Source: Spirogloea muscicola
Lineage: Eukaryota
Assembly (NCBI GenBank): GCA_009602725.1
Contig: WELB01000008.1
Location: 1,050,720 to 1,114,719 of the forward strand
Direction: 5' to 3'
Length of the DNA stretch: 64,000 nt
Shown: positions 36,561 to 49,887 of the stretch, piece by piece
How the letters are laid out: every line of letters starts with the position of its first letter
Position numbering within the stretch: position 1 is the stretch's first letter
Notes under the pieces: model-generated
Seen by the model: only the letters and a program-made list of their open reading frames with translations
Databases searched by the model: none
What the model was told of the DNA's origin: nothing
Made by a program: the position numbers and the translations under genes

Positions 36561-37970
36561 CAGTCTGACCGCGCCTTCTTTAACTGTACCGTAAAGGGCA
36601 TCCTCAATAATTGTCGCCTTGCGTCGCCGTTTCCAGCGTCAGCTACTTGCTCTACTGCGCCATAACTCCCGGTGGCGCCGTTCTCCCCTCTAGGAAGCAG
36701 ATCAACTTCCCCTTCCGTCCGTCTGACAGAGGAAGCTAGCCTCTCCAGGCATCCGTCAAGCCGGCTTTGCGGCATCAACACTCCAACTATGTGATTATCC
36801 CTGCATATGCTGCCTCAGTGCCCTAATGTGTCCTCCCCTTATGGGGCAGATTGTTGAAGCATGCCCTTAAGAAGGACATGTTGCCACCTCGAAATGCGCA
36901 CTTTTGCAGATAATGCGCGTTCCTGTCTCTTGCCTACATGGCCTGCACTGGTCATTTCCTTAGTGCGACGCAGAAAGCAGTATCAGCCAGTCACAATGTG
37001 GTGTTATCATCTCGTTGGATGCTGATGGCCCGGGGATTCGAAGACTAAGTGGGCCAAGGGGCCGCCCTTGTCGGCATCTTGCCGCACTCGTCAGCCCTGT
37101 GTCTTGCTGTCTGGCGCAACCAGATCGCAAGGCCCGCCAGGCAACCAGACTGCGCAGCACGAGTGGCTGCAGCGGCGGCAGTAGGCGCGGGCGACGGTGA
37201 CGGCAGCAGCGGCAGCAGCGGCGCATCCCCTAGCGAGCTCGTCCGGAGCTGGAGGCGTGAGGTGAGGAGAGTGTGGCGTCCTCGTGGCCGTCTGGGGCGC
37301 TTTCAACGTACCTTTGGCTCTCTGTTCCATGAGTCAATTCGCCAGCCGGAAGGAGGCCCCCGAGCTAGGCTGATTCTCTGAGGCTTTTGTCCATCTTTGG
37401 TTTGTTCCTCTTATCTGGGCTGGCCAATCACAGCCATCGCCTTTTACTGGCAAAGTCTTCGGCCTTTTGTCCTCTCTAGTTGGCGCTTCCGTGCGGACGG
37501 TTGTCCCTTCCTCGGCTGGCCCTTTACAGCCACCGCCCTGCGGACAAGCACACGGGCACTCTTCCATGGAGTAGCTGCTCACCGCTCTTAGGCCTTTGTC
37601 AAATCTTTTTGGGCTGGCTTTTCGCAGCCCCCATTGGGAGTGCCACTTCTTTCTTCCATGGAGGGCCTGCCGGTGAGCGTGGGCTGGGCGAAGAGTGGTC
37701 CGCAACCGGCGCCAGTCGCGACCGGCGGGCGGCGCGCCCGGTCGGGTGTCGGCACACGGGCGCCGGGGTCCCCGACCGGGCCCGGTCGCGGGGCGCCGCT
37801 CCCGTCCCGGTTCACGGCTAGGCCTCTCCTCTGCCTGCCAAGTGGCGGGGGAGCTGGGTAAACACCCCCCCCCCCCTCCGGGTCAGGGCCAGCCGACCAG
37901 CGCTGCCGGCGGGACCCCCCTCCTCCCTCCCTCCTCCCTCCCTCCTCCCTCCCTCCTCCCCCTGCGGCCG

Positions 37971-37977
37971 TATAAAA
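37971..37977 (+). promoter_or_regulatory. TATA box of DUF3419 copy 1
   Basis: TATAAAA about 130 bp upstream of ATG 38103; degenerate at the equivalent position in copies 2 and 3. Confidence 0.55.
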
Positions 37978-38102
37978 GTAGCCGCTGCTCTCTCACTTGA
38001 CATCCCGCCGCTCATTCTCCTGCTCCCTCCGCGCCAACGAGCTCAGCGACGACGCCCGCTCGCCCCGTGCCGCCGCAGCCGCCTCCCCGCGCGCTCTCCG
38101 CC

Positions 38103-40983
38103 ATGGCTCCCGACGGCGGTGCCGCCGACGGCGCGCCGCGGCCGGCGGTCTACTCGTGCCTGCCTCCCTGCAAGAAGGTGTACGTGGAGTACGAGGGCCT
38201 GCCGGGCCCCGGCTGGCTGTCCGACACGCCTTTCGGCATCAACAACGAGGACTACCGCGTCGAGCTGCTCTGCATCGACCATCTGCTCGCCAGGCCTGCT
38301 CCGACGCGCCCTTGGCTCAGCCGATTCTTTCATATCAGCAGCCGCTTTCTCGCCCTGACCTCTGCTGCGCTCGCGGTGCTGGGTCCAATGTTCACTGGAC
38401 ATTGAGTTGGTCTACATTGCGCTCGCGACTCGCGCGGCAGCTGACGAGCTGCACGCGGCCCGAAACTGTCAAGCAGGATGAAAGCCAGAGGAGAGCCAGA
38501 GCGGAAGCTGCGGGTGCTCGCCATTACAGGAGGGTCTGACAACGTGCTCTCTATGCTCACCCTCGGCGACAAGGTCGAAAGCGTGGATGCCGTGGACCTG
38601 AACCCCGCCCAGAACCACCTGCTCCTCCTGAAGCAGGTGAGAGCCTTGCTCAGGTCTATATTCTCTCTGCATTCTACAAGATACCATTCAGCTTCCTGTC
38701 CATTCATGCTGGCATCCTCCTCATCCTTCTCGACTGCACTAATTGAGCACCTGCTCGCAATTGCCAGGCTGCAGTCAAGGTTCTGGAGAGAAGAGGCGAA
38801 GTCGTAAAGTTCTTGGGGCTAGATGGCGATCACAGCAACGCGGCGGCTGGCACTCGCATCGCCACCCACAAGGCGATCGTGCGCGACCAGCTGCCTCCTG
38901 AGACTCAGGTCGGTGTACGGGCGGCAGCTCGCAACTGCCAAAGTTGTTTCCTACACGATGTCAAGAGCCACGAGATTAGGGCCTAGCTGCTGCTATGCGT
39001 TTATGAGGAGCCAATTACAAACATCCTGAGCGGCTCCTTGGGGATGACTGTGCAGAGCTTCTGGGACACACTCGTCCAAAAGAATATTGCTTATGGTGCC
39101 TCGACATGCTCGCGATTCGAGAAAATGTACAGCATCATCAGGAAGAACCTGAGTGGCAATGGCTTTGACATGGATGCGCTCTTCCGGAAGGACAAAGCTG
39201 GGTTCATTGCAGGGGCTGTGGCCAGGGGCTGGGGCTCTTCACGTCAGGAGATTGATGAAGCTCTGATTGCATGCCAGCCGGATGAGATCTTCTATAACTC
39301 CTTCGAAGTGAGTTGGCAATTCAGCACAGCTACCTGCTTTCGCTTGCGCAGAAGTCAAGTGTCTGTGGGCACCAGCAACTCAGGACATTGTTCATTGCTT
39401 TTGGTAGCCACGCTAGCCTCTCCATTGCGCAAGCCAGCAATTAAGAGCAGCTTCTATAATTGTTACCGCCCTGCTTCCAGATCAAGCGTGCTGCTTATGC
39501 ACAGATTTCAGGATAACCAGATCTTCTATAGCGTCCCAAGCTCACTTTCGATGCTGCTGTGATGAATCTTCGTAACGATCACAGCCGTCAACTTGACATG
39601 ACGAAATATTGTCCTTTTCGTGTCTTGCATCAGCTGGGCCGAATGAAGCCCCAGCTGCTGGAGTACTTCGAGCGCAACAAGGACGCTTACAGAGCCGTTT
39701 TTGCAGGCGAGCGCCCTCCTGCAGCTGTCAGACATCTTCTTTCAAGTTCCATGCACGTGCATTGTGATATGAAGCAATCAAGCCCAGCATCTGCTTCCAC
39801 ATCTTACTTGCTGTTTATTAGCAAGCAGGTGTGATGAATCAACTAGAGGAGGACCCAGAGAAGTACGAGGACAACTTCATCATGAGTGTTCAATACAAAG
39901 GGTCCATGCCAACAGATGACTCCTCTTCAAGCTTGCCACTGTACTTTAGCGACGAGGGGATCAAGGCAAGCAACAAGTTGTTTCCTTCCATCACTTTTTC
40001 TCTAAACAGATTCATGGCTGCATTGACTGTTTATCTCAGTTGACCTCTTCTTTGCTTTTCCTGACTACGATGAATCTGCTGCATGTATGTCGCTAATCTC
40101 CAGCAATGATGATCACATTCTCAACATCATGATGGAAAAAAGTAGTAATCCTCATTTACCAAATGGATTGTCTACAAATGCAGACCTTGAAAGCAGAGTC
40201 CCCCCCGAGCTTACGTGTACACGTCGGGAACGTGGTTGACCTCGCCACCATTTTGGCAAAAAAGGTGAGAAGCCTTAGCCTTGCAGCAGACTTAGCATGC
40301 TTGCTCTCTTCAGTCCTTCCGAATCATCTCTTGATCACCTGATCAACAGGGAAAAGTGGCACTCGGAGGTGTGTCTTCTTTAGCTTGCTGATTCAAGCTT
40401 TAGATCACATCTAGCGAGATTGTGATGGGTGTAGCTGCCCATCTCCAGCAATAGCGAACAACACAGGAAGCTTGCGGAGCATGAATCACATGTGTACCAC
40501 CTGCTTGTTTGATATTTGGACAGGCCGGGCGGGGCTTTGATTTGATAACTTTGTCCAACATTGGTGACTGGCTGGACGAGGAAAATCTCACCAGCACCAT
40601 AAAAAGCATCGAATATGCCCTAGCTCCTGGAGGTGATGCAAGCACATCAAGCCTCGGCCATGCCTCAAAAAGCACATGATCGTAGTCAACCATGCCTTGA
40701 CATGTTTATCATCACAAGCCTCCCATTGATGAAGGTGGCCGGTGAGTAAATCGCGCTTGCATGTAGCCTTGAGGCCAAAACTGTCTTTTAATCAAAGCTA
40801 TTGGCCGCTGGGCATTGGACAGGCTTGCTCCTCCACCGAAGAGCTCTTGGCAACCAGCGGCGGAGCTTTGAGGGGGTCCTTGACATTGATGAGGAACTGG
40901 TCTCAAGGCTTCCATTCGAGGACCACAGCCATGTGTTCTGGGGCCGCCCAGAGTCTGTCTTTGCTGGAAGCAAGCGAAGCTAG
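38103..40983 (+). CDS. DUF3419 / BtaA-like SAM-dependent transferase, copy 1 (apparently intact)
   Basis: FGINNEDYRVE...RVLAITGGSDNVL...VDAVDLNPAQNHLLLLKQ...SFWD...RFEK...FDLITLSNIGDWL...LAPGG|LLLHRR; the DLNPAQ and SxxxDW...PGG motifs resemble DUF3419. Confidence 0.75.
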
Positions 40984-41799
40984 ACTAAGCGGCTGCCGTC
41001 AGTATGCTGCAAGAAACCTTTATACATGCAAGGGCCGAAGCAAATCTCGATCGTCTTTGTGCACCTTGTCCATTTTTAATAAGCTGGCAGTCACACTCAC
41101 AGCCAAAGCCTCGATGAAGGAGCCACTTGCCCATGTCCCTTCTTGACTTATATTTTGCATTCATTTTTCATGGCCTCCCACGGCTGTCCCTTCTTTGAAT
41201 AAAGCATTAACTCTATTTTCAGAGTCTTTGCGGGTCTTGTTGCCTCCTCACAGTATATCTCCGCTCACATTGGACACTGTCACAAGTCTCGCAGAGACTG
41301 CTCGCGCCATGCTGCAAGTCAGTCTGCCCCTTGACTTATCATACACCTGGCAATAGATGACCAGAACGTCATCTACTAGTCTGCGTCAGGATGACCGGCA
41401 CAAACTGCACAGGGTATATATCTACGTAGCTCATCTGCATGAGGGTTGATGGACGTAGGGTCATGGAAGGGATGACGTGAAATGTGTGCAGCCTCAAGGA
41501 GATTGAGCGTGGGAGGGCACTAGGGCCAAACATAGTGAGTCCCTTTGGGCTGTGTGTATTGTCGTCGTGAGCCTACTTCCTTTCAGTATCGCTTCTCTTG
41601 CACGCTGTCACGCTGTTACCTTAGCCACCTTAGGATAGTGCTTCGATTTGTGAAGCCCCAGGTGCACTACCCTTTTGCCTGAACAGTGTATTGGCTAAGC
41701 TTGGCCAACCTTTCATCTCATGCGCCACGCGCGCCTTCGCTTGCAGAGAGCTGCTTCTTTGGTGGCCCAGCACGCTAACGTATGGTTAGAGCCTGGAAG

Positions 41800-43416
41800 A
41801 AAGATGCCTCCAAGAGAGGGCCTCGGCTGGAAGAGGCGAGCCCAGAGAAAAGAATGAACAAAGTTCGAAGAGGCCAAGGGAAAGCGCTAAAGCACACACG
41901 AATCAAGCAGCTACGAAGAGAGAGCTACGAAACACTCAGTAACCCCTGCTAAGCAGCCGCACAGCTTGCCCATGTGCTTGGTCACAGAGGCCTTTCCACA
42001 AAGAAGAAGTGAGCGCTCATAGAGAATAGGGGCTGGGAAAGGCCAGCCCCCAAAATAGAAATTGTCAAGGGGCCAGGGGAGGGTCTAAAGCTAGCAATAT
42101 GGAGTCATCTCTGTCTCCTTCCAACGCTCCCTGGCTCACGCCGTGCACTTGCGGGCAGGCCGTGCTAGGCCTGCTGCTTCTGGGTCTCGCCGGGGTGCCT
42201 CCATGCCAGCTGCAAGTTACTTCCCACTTGCTGCTGCTAATCCGGGGTTACTAAACTTCCCTCCGCTGCAATCTCGTGCAGAGCTGTGTGTCTTAGGCGC
42301 CCTTCGGCACTTCGGACTTTGTCAATTTCTTCTGGGCTGGCCTTTCCCAGCCACCTTTTCATGGTGGGTGAGGTTTTTCCATCTGACAAAGGCCAAAGAG
42401 CCGACAGGCGCTATAAGCCCACAGCTCTGCAAAGTGGCTACAGCGAGCACAGTAAGTCAGAAGCCGCAAATCGGAGTAACACGCAGCTGGAAACGAGTCA
42501 CCCCGACAGAATTCATAAGTAACAGCCAGAGCACGGCCTGCCCGCAAGGGCACGGCGTGAGCCTCTCTCTCTTACCAGGAGACTAGTTTCTCCGACCTGC
42601 GGCAGCTTAGTAGGGGTTACTAAGTAGTAGGTGGCTACTTGCTTTTGTGTGTGCTTTAGCCCTTTCCCTGGCCCCTTTGAACTTTGTTAATTATCATTTC
42701 TGGGCTGGCCTCTCCCAGCCACCTCTCTCCCAAACACCGCCTTCTCATGGAAGCGTCTCTCACTCTCTTCCATAAAGAAGAAAGAGCTCGCCCATTGAGG
42801 ATAGGGGCTGGAACAGCCAGCCCAAAAAAGAATGAGCAGAGTACAAGAAGCCCAAGAAGAAGGGGGCCAGGCGAAGCACTAAGGCGAAGCACTAAGAAAG
42901 AAGCACACAAGAAGAAACAAAGCAGCTACTAACTACTCAGTAACCCCTGCTAAGCAGTCGCAGGTCAGAGAGGCTATGTTCCTGGAAGGACGTCCCCTGG
43001 CCAGAGCCAGAGGCAGCAGCGAGGGCTCGGCCGGCACGCAGGTGCAGCGCACGGGCCATTGACCTCTGCAGCGAGACGGCCAGGCGCATGCGATACACCT
43101 GGGCGAGCGACCCGGCTGCAGGAAAGTCCACCGGCTCCCCATGGAAGCGGCGAGCGACGGCGTGACGGGCAAGCTGGTGGAGCAGTTCGAGCCACCATAA
43201 AGGACCTTCTGGTGAGCGCGGCCTGGGCGACGGGGGGGTCCGCAACCGGCACCAATCGCGACCGGGGGACGGTGTGCCCGGTCGGGCGGCGGCGCGCCTT
43301 GCATTGCACCGCCGCGCTGGTCGCGCCCTTGCAGCAGCCTCTGGCTTGCGCAGCGGGGTTGCTCTTCCTCCCCTCAGCTCATCTATCTGACTTTTACTGC
43401 TGACACGGGGGTATTG
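41800..43416. mobile_element. Mosaic of CRE-like 3' fragments and 3'-UTR repeats in both orientations
   Basis: + tail 42120-42254, - tail ~42350-42560, - copy 42780-43200 (SLAQVYRMRL...LSRGY*), + tail 43286-43416. Confidence 0.8.
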
Positions 43417-44027
43417 AAACCCTGTCTGCCTAGCCTTTGGCTCCGTCATGAACACCTGTATGCATCTGGCTGGCATTTCACAGCCGATTCTTTCATATCA
43501 GCAGCCGCTTCTCCTGGGGGGGCACCCGACACCGGGCCCGGTCGCGGGGCGCCGCTCCCGTTGCGGCCCCTTTTTGGATTCACGACTAGTTAGGCCTCTC
43601 GCCTGCCAAGTGGCCAGGAAGCTGGGTAACACCTCCCCCACCCACACTCTCACCCCCCCCGGTAAGCCCGAGCAGCGCTGCCGGCAGGCAACCCCCCTCC
43701 CTCCTCACCCCTGGCCCCCCGGCCTGCAGTCGTGAAACACCCCCCCTTCAGAGAACACTGGAGACCTGCTTGGACTGCCTTGGATCCACTGTCTTTTACA
43801 CAGCTCATCGCCCCGTTAGCAGGACTTGCAAGGGAGGCTTGGATAGGCCTCCCTTTCGTTGGCCTCCCTTCCATCTCATGCGCGCCTTTCTCCCCCCCTC
43901 CCCTCCCCCCTTCCGCCATCACTAAGAGCAGCCACTTGTATCTCACTTACATCCCGCCGCCCGTTCTCCTGCTCCCTCTCGGCTCGCCCCGCGCCGCCGC
44001 AGCAGCCGTCGCCCCGCGCGCTCCGCC

Positions 44028-46856
44028 ATGGCGCCAGACGTTGGCCCCGCCGACGGCGCGCCGCGGCCGGCGGTCTACTCGTGCCTGCCTTCCTCCAAGA
44101 AGGTGTACGTGGACGACGAGGGCCTGCCGGGCCCCAGCTGGCCGTCCGACACGCCTTTTGGCATCAACAACGAGGACTACCGCGTCGAGCTGCTCTGCAT
44201 CGACCACCTGCTCGCCAGGCCTGCTCCGCCGCGCACTTTGCTCTGCCCTGACCTCTGCTGCGCTCGCGGTGCCTGGTCCCGCACATTGTTCACTGGACTT
44301 CGAGTTGGTCTACATTGCGCTCGCTTCTCGCACGCACCGGATGTTCTGCAGCTGACGAGCTATGGCTGCCCGCAACTGTCAAGCAGGATGAAAGCGAGAG
44401 GAGAGCCGGAGCGGAAGCTGCGGTTGCTCGCCATCACAGGAGGGTCTGACAACGTGCTCTCCATGCTAACCCTCGGCGACAAGGTTGCAAGCGTGGATGC
44501 CGTGGACCTGACCCCCGCCCAGAACCACCTGCTGCTCCTGAAGCAGGTGAGAGCGTTGCTCAGGTCTACATCTTCTCTGCATTGTTATAATGGCTTTGAC
44601 CAGCCTGTCCAACCATGGTGGCATCCTCCTCACAATTGCAATGATTGAGTACCTGCCCGCATATGCCAGGCTGCAGTCAAAATTCTGGAGAGCAGAGGCG
44701 AAATCGTACAATTCCTGGGGCTCGATGGCGATCACAGCGAAGCGGCGGCTGACACTCGAGTCGCCACCTACAAGGCGAACGTGCGCGACCAGCTGCCTCC
44801 TGAGACTCAGGTGGGTTTACGGTCGGCGCTCGCAGCTGCCAAAGTTGTCTCCAACATGGTGCCAAGGGCCACGAGGATTAGGGCCTAGCTGCTGCTATGT
44901 GCTTATGAGGATCCAATTACAAATATCCTTCCCCGGAGGTGATTGTGCAGAGCTTCTGGGACACACTCATCCAAAAGAATATTGCTTATGGTGCCTCGAC
45001 ATGCTCGCAATTCGAGAAAATGTACAGCATCATCAGGAAGAATCTGACTGGCAACGGCTTCGACATGGATGCGCTGTTGCGGAAGGACAAAGCTGGCTTC
45101 ATTGCGGGCGCAGTGGCCAGGGGCTGGGGCTCCTCACGTGAGGCGATTGATGAAGCTCTGATTGCCTGCCAGCCGGACGAGATCTTCTACAACTCCTTTG
45201 AGGTGAGCGGGCGGATTAGCGCAGCCACCTGCTTTTGCTTGCTCGAGACTTTTTGTGGGCACCAGTAAAAATCAGGACACTGCTAATTGCTCTTGGTAGC
45301 CGCGCTAGTTTCTCCATTGCGTAAGCCAGCATGTAAGAGCAGTTCTGGAGTTGTTACCGACCTGCTTCCGAATCAAGCGTGCTATTTCTACACAGATCAA
45401 CTTCAGGATAGCCGGTATTTTCATAGCATCCCAAGCTCGCTTCTGCTGCTTCTTGATGGATCTTCATAATCATCACAGCTCGTCAACTTGACACGACGAC
45501 CCTTCTCGTGTGTTGCATCAGCTGGGCCGAATGAAGCCCCAGCTGCTGGAGTACTTCGTAAGGACGCTTACAGAGCCATTCGTGCAGGCGAGCGCCCTCC
45601 TGCAGCTGTCAAACATCTTCTCTCAAGTTCCATGCACGTGCATTTAATCATGAAGCAATTTGCCCAGCTTCTGCTTCCACATCTCACTTGCTGTCTACGC
45701 AAGCAGGTGTGATGAAGCAACTGGAGGAGGATCCAGAGAAGTTCGAGGACAACTTCATCATGCGTGTTCAATACAAAGCGTCCATGCCAACAAATGACTC
45801 CTCTTCAAGCTTGCCACTGTACTTCAGCGACAAGGGGATCAAGGCAAGCAACAAGTTGTCTCCTTCCATCACTTTTCCTCACAACAGAGATTTGGCTGCA
45901 CTGACTGTGTATCTCAGTTGACCTCTTTCTTTACTTTTCCCGACTCTGAAGAATCTGCTGCATGTATGTCGCTAATCTCCAGCAATACTGACACATTCTC
46001 AACATCCTGATGGAAGGAAGTGTGACCCTTCATTAACCAAGTGGATTGTCTACAAAATGCAGGCGTTGAAAGCAGAGTCCCCCCCAAGCTTACGTGTACA
46101 CGTCGGGAACGTGGTTGACCTCGCCACCATTTATGCAGAAAAGGTAAGAAGCCTTAGGCTTGCAGCAAACTCAGCAAGCTTGGATTCTCTTCAGTCCTTC
46201 CGAATTATCTCTTGCTCACCTGATCAACAGGGAAAATTGGCACTCGGAGGTGTGTTCTCTTTAGCTTGCAGAGTCAAGCTTTAGATTACATCTAGGGAGA
46301 CTGTGATGGGTCCTTCTCCAGCAATAGCGAACAGCACAGGAAGCTTGCGGAGGCATGAATCATATATATACCACCTGATTGTTGCAATGTGAACAGGCCG
46401 GGAGGGGCTTTGATTTGATAACTCTGTCCAACATTGGTGACTGGCTGGACGAGGAGAAGCTCACGAGCACCATAAAAAGCATCGAATCTGCCCTAGCTCC
46501 TGGAGGTGATGCAAGCACATTGAGCCTCGGCCATGCCTTGACACGCACATGATATCAGTCAACAATGCCTTGACAGAATCATCATCACAAACTACCAGTA
46601 ATGAAGGTGCCCGGTGAGTAAACAACGTTTGCATGTAGCCTTACCGCCAAGAATGGTACTCTCAACAAAGCTATTGGTCGCTGGGTATTGGACAGGCTTG
46701 CTCCTCCACCGAAGAGCTCTTGGCAACCAGCGGCGGAGTTTTGAGGGGGTCCTTGACATTGATGAGGAACTGGTCTCAAGGCTTCCATTCGAAGACCACA
46801 GCCATGTCTTCTGGGGCCGCCCAGAGTCTGTCTTTGCGGGAAGCAAGCGAACCTAA
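44028..46856 (+). pseudogene. DUF3419 / BtaA-like copy 2 with a frameshift
   Basis: Colinear with copy 1, but TTCG-AGCGCAAC-AAGGAC becomes TTCG-T-AAGGAC at ~45558 (net -7 nt) in a coding exon. Confidence 0.7.
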
Positions 46857-47329
46857 GTTAAGCGGCTGCCGTCAGTAGGCTGCAAGGAACCGTTATACAT
46901 GCAAGGGCCGAAGCGATTCTCGATCTTCTTTGTGCACCTTGTCCCTGTTTGATAAGCTGGCAGTCACACTCACAGCCAAAGCCTCGATGAAGGAGCCACC
47001 TGCCCATATTCCTTCTCGATTGTAATGTGCATTCGCTTTTGATGGCCTTCCACGGCTGTCCCCTATTTGAAGAAAAGTTTCTCTTTATTTTCAGAGTTTT
47101 TGGGGGTCTTGTTGCCTCCTTATAGTACGTCTCCGCTCACATTGGCACAGTCACAAGTCTCACAGAGACTGTTCGCGCCATGCTGCAAGTCAATCTGCCC
47201 TTTGGTTGCCAACCGTCTGATGATGACCAGCTACTGGCGGGATGTCATGGAGCGAGTCTGTTCTACACCTAGCAATAGATAACACCGGAACGTCATCCAC
47301 TTGTTTGCGTTAGGAGGACCGGCACTTTT

Positions 47330-48502
47330 GCTCACTTTTATCACTTTGTTCATTCTTCTTTTGGGCTGGCCTCACACAGCCACTGCCCTCTTTTGGAAGC
47401 GACTTATCTGAGTTACTGAGCTTTCCGTTGCGTCGTCTTGTGTCTAGCTGTGTCATTTTTCTTGTAGGCAACTTTTTGGTTCTTTGGATTTTATCCGTTC
47501 GTTCTCTGCCAGCCCCTCGTCTTTATGGGCGCCACTTCCTCTCTCTTATCTTGCAGACACTGTCCCTCTGCCTGTAGCACTTAGTCCCCTGCTTTCTGCG
47601 CCATTCGGCTCCTCTTGACCTTGTCCATTCCTTTTGGGCTGGCTTCTCCCAGCCACCAGTCCTAGGCGGACAAGCACATGGGCCACTCTCCTACATGCCT
47701 CGCTTTCATGCCATGCGCACCGCGCGCGTTCTCTGCCTGGTCCTTCCCAGCCACCGCCCTAGGCGGACAAGCACATGGGCCACTCTCCTACATGCCTCGC
47801 TTTCATGCCATGCGCACCGCGCGCCTTCTCTCTTCTCTTCTCTTGATCCATCCTCCCCCTGTTTTACCATTGCATCCTCAGGCCCCTTTGTAGCCCAGCA
47901 TCTCTGATCTGCGGCTGCTTAGCAGGGGTTACTGAGTGTCTCGTAGCAGCTTTGTTTCTGTTACTTAGCGCTTCCCCTGGCCCCCTTCTCGTACTCTGTT
48001 CATTCTTTTTCGGGCTGGTTGTTCCAGCCCCTATTCTCAATGGGCGAGCACTTTCTCCTTTGTAGCTGCTCACCGCTCTTAGGCCCCTCTGAACCTTTGT
48101 GAATTCTTTTTGGGCTGGCTTTTCGCAGCCCTTGCCCCCATTGGGAGTGCCACTTCTTCTACTCTCGTGGAATTACTGAAGAAGAAGAACTGAAGGGCTG
48201 CTTCTTCCTCTAATTCTTCATTAATAAGATCTACATGATATCTGGAATGAGAGGCCAGCCCAAAGGAACGGACAAGGTCTGCAAGGGCCGCATGGCGCAA
48301 AAGGCAGGATACTAATTTCTGAGACGTCAGCAAGTAGGCTCTCAGTAACCTCTGGTCCGCAAAAGCGCCCTGTCAGCCCAGCCTGCGGCTCCATCACTCC
48401 CCATATGAACACCCTCTGCATTTCGTTTCTCTCAAATAAACGAAATACACGAATACACGAAATATCTCCTGCATGCCCCGGCCTGCCGTTGTACCATTGG
48501 CA

Positions 48503-48536
<34 letters not shown>

Positions 48537-49400
48537 TTCGCTCGGCCGCCAAGGGCATGGCGGGCGAGCTGCCGCAGCCGCAGCGCCGCCTGGCGAGGCT
48601 GGCTGCCCACCTCGGCGGCGGCGGCGGCGGCGGGGATGACAGCGGCGGCGGTGGCNCGACTAGGCCTCGCCTCTGCCTGCCACGTGGCGAGGAGGCTGGG
48701 GAAATAAGAGAGAAGGGCTCGCCCATTCATTGAGGAATAGCCCTCCCCCTCTCAGCACTTCCTCGGTGCCTTTTGGGTCTTGTATCCTGCTACCGCATGC
48801 GAATGTCTATGTCTTTGTCCATGCTTTTCGGTGGGCGAGCTCTTTCTTTCTTTTCTATGTCCCCCAGCGCTGTCCATTCTTTTTGGGCTGGCTTTGCCAG
48901 CCCCTCTTTCTCTATGGGCGAGCCTTCTTCCCAAGCGACCGGCGCGGCGGCTTGCTTTGCACCGCCGCGCCGGTCGCGCCCTTGCAGCAGCCTCTGGCTT
49001 GCGCAGCGGGGTTGCTCTTCCTCCCCTCAGCTCATCTGACTTCCTACTGCTGACCCGGGGGTACTAAGCTTATGATAAGAGCCCTTTCTTCTACGTCTCG
49101 CTGCAGAGGTCCATGGCCCGTGCGCTGCACCTGCGTGCTGGCCGAGCCCTTGCTGCTGCCTCTGGCTCTGGCCAGGGGACATACTTCCAGGAGCATAGCC
49201 TCTCCGACCTGCGCCTGCTTAGCAGGGGTTACTGAGTGGTTAGTAGCTGCTTTGTTTTTTCTTGTGTGCTTGTCATTTCTGCTGCTTCGCCTTAGGGCTT
49301 CGCCTGGCTTCCCCCCCCCTCTTCTTGTACTCTGTTCATTCTTTTTTGGGCTGGCTGTTCCAGCCCATATTCTCAATGGGCGAGCCCTTCTCTTTCTTCT
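47330..49400. mobile_element. Cluster of CRE-like 3' tails and repeats, containing a ~97-bp tandem duplication (~47650-47825)
   Basis: 47893-48055 nearly identical to 6341-6503; tails ending 49067 (LTRGY*) and 49235 (LSRGY*); 3'-UTR hairpins. Confidence 0.8.
48557..48655 (+). other. Orphan N-terminal coding fragment carrying a PTS2 peroxisomal signal
   Basis: MAGELPQPQRRLARLAAHLGGG contains RLx5HL and ends at an ambiguous base (n at 48656). Confidence 0.5.
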
Positions 49401-49887
49401 AAGAGCGCCCTGTCTGCCTAGCCTGTGGCTCCGTCAAGGACACCTGTATGCATCTGGCTGGCTTCCACAGCCGCTCTTTATATTAGCAGCCGCTTTCTCT
49501 CTCTCCCCGGTACGCCCGAGCAGTGCTGCCGGCAGGCAACCCCCCTCCTCCCTCCCTCCTACCTCCCTCCTCACCCCTGGCCCCCGGCCTGCAGTCGTGA
49601 AGAACCCCCCCTTCAGAGAACGCTGGAGACCTGCTTGGACTGCCTTGGATCCACTGTCTCTTACACAGCTCATCGCCCCGTTAGCAGGACTTGAAAGGGA
49701 GGCCTGGATAGGCCTCCCTTTCACTGGCCTCCTTCCATCTCATGCGCACCGCGCGCCGTTCTCCCCTCCCCCCTCCCGCCATTGATAAGAGCAAGCCACT
49801 TGTACGTCACTGACATTCCGCCGCCCATTCTCCTGCCCTCTCTCGGCTCGCCCGCGCCGCCGCAGCCACCACCCCGCGCGCTCCGCC

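Noticed and set aside
36560..37380. Possible minus-strand gene fragment between repeat clusters
   Set aside because: No recognisable motif and no consistent exon chain could be built
6384..49400. Palindromic repeats resembling CRISPR repeats or bacterial REP elements
   Set aside because: No regular repeat-spacer period, no cas genes, eukaryotic context; they are explained as retroelement 3' UTRs
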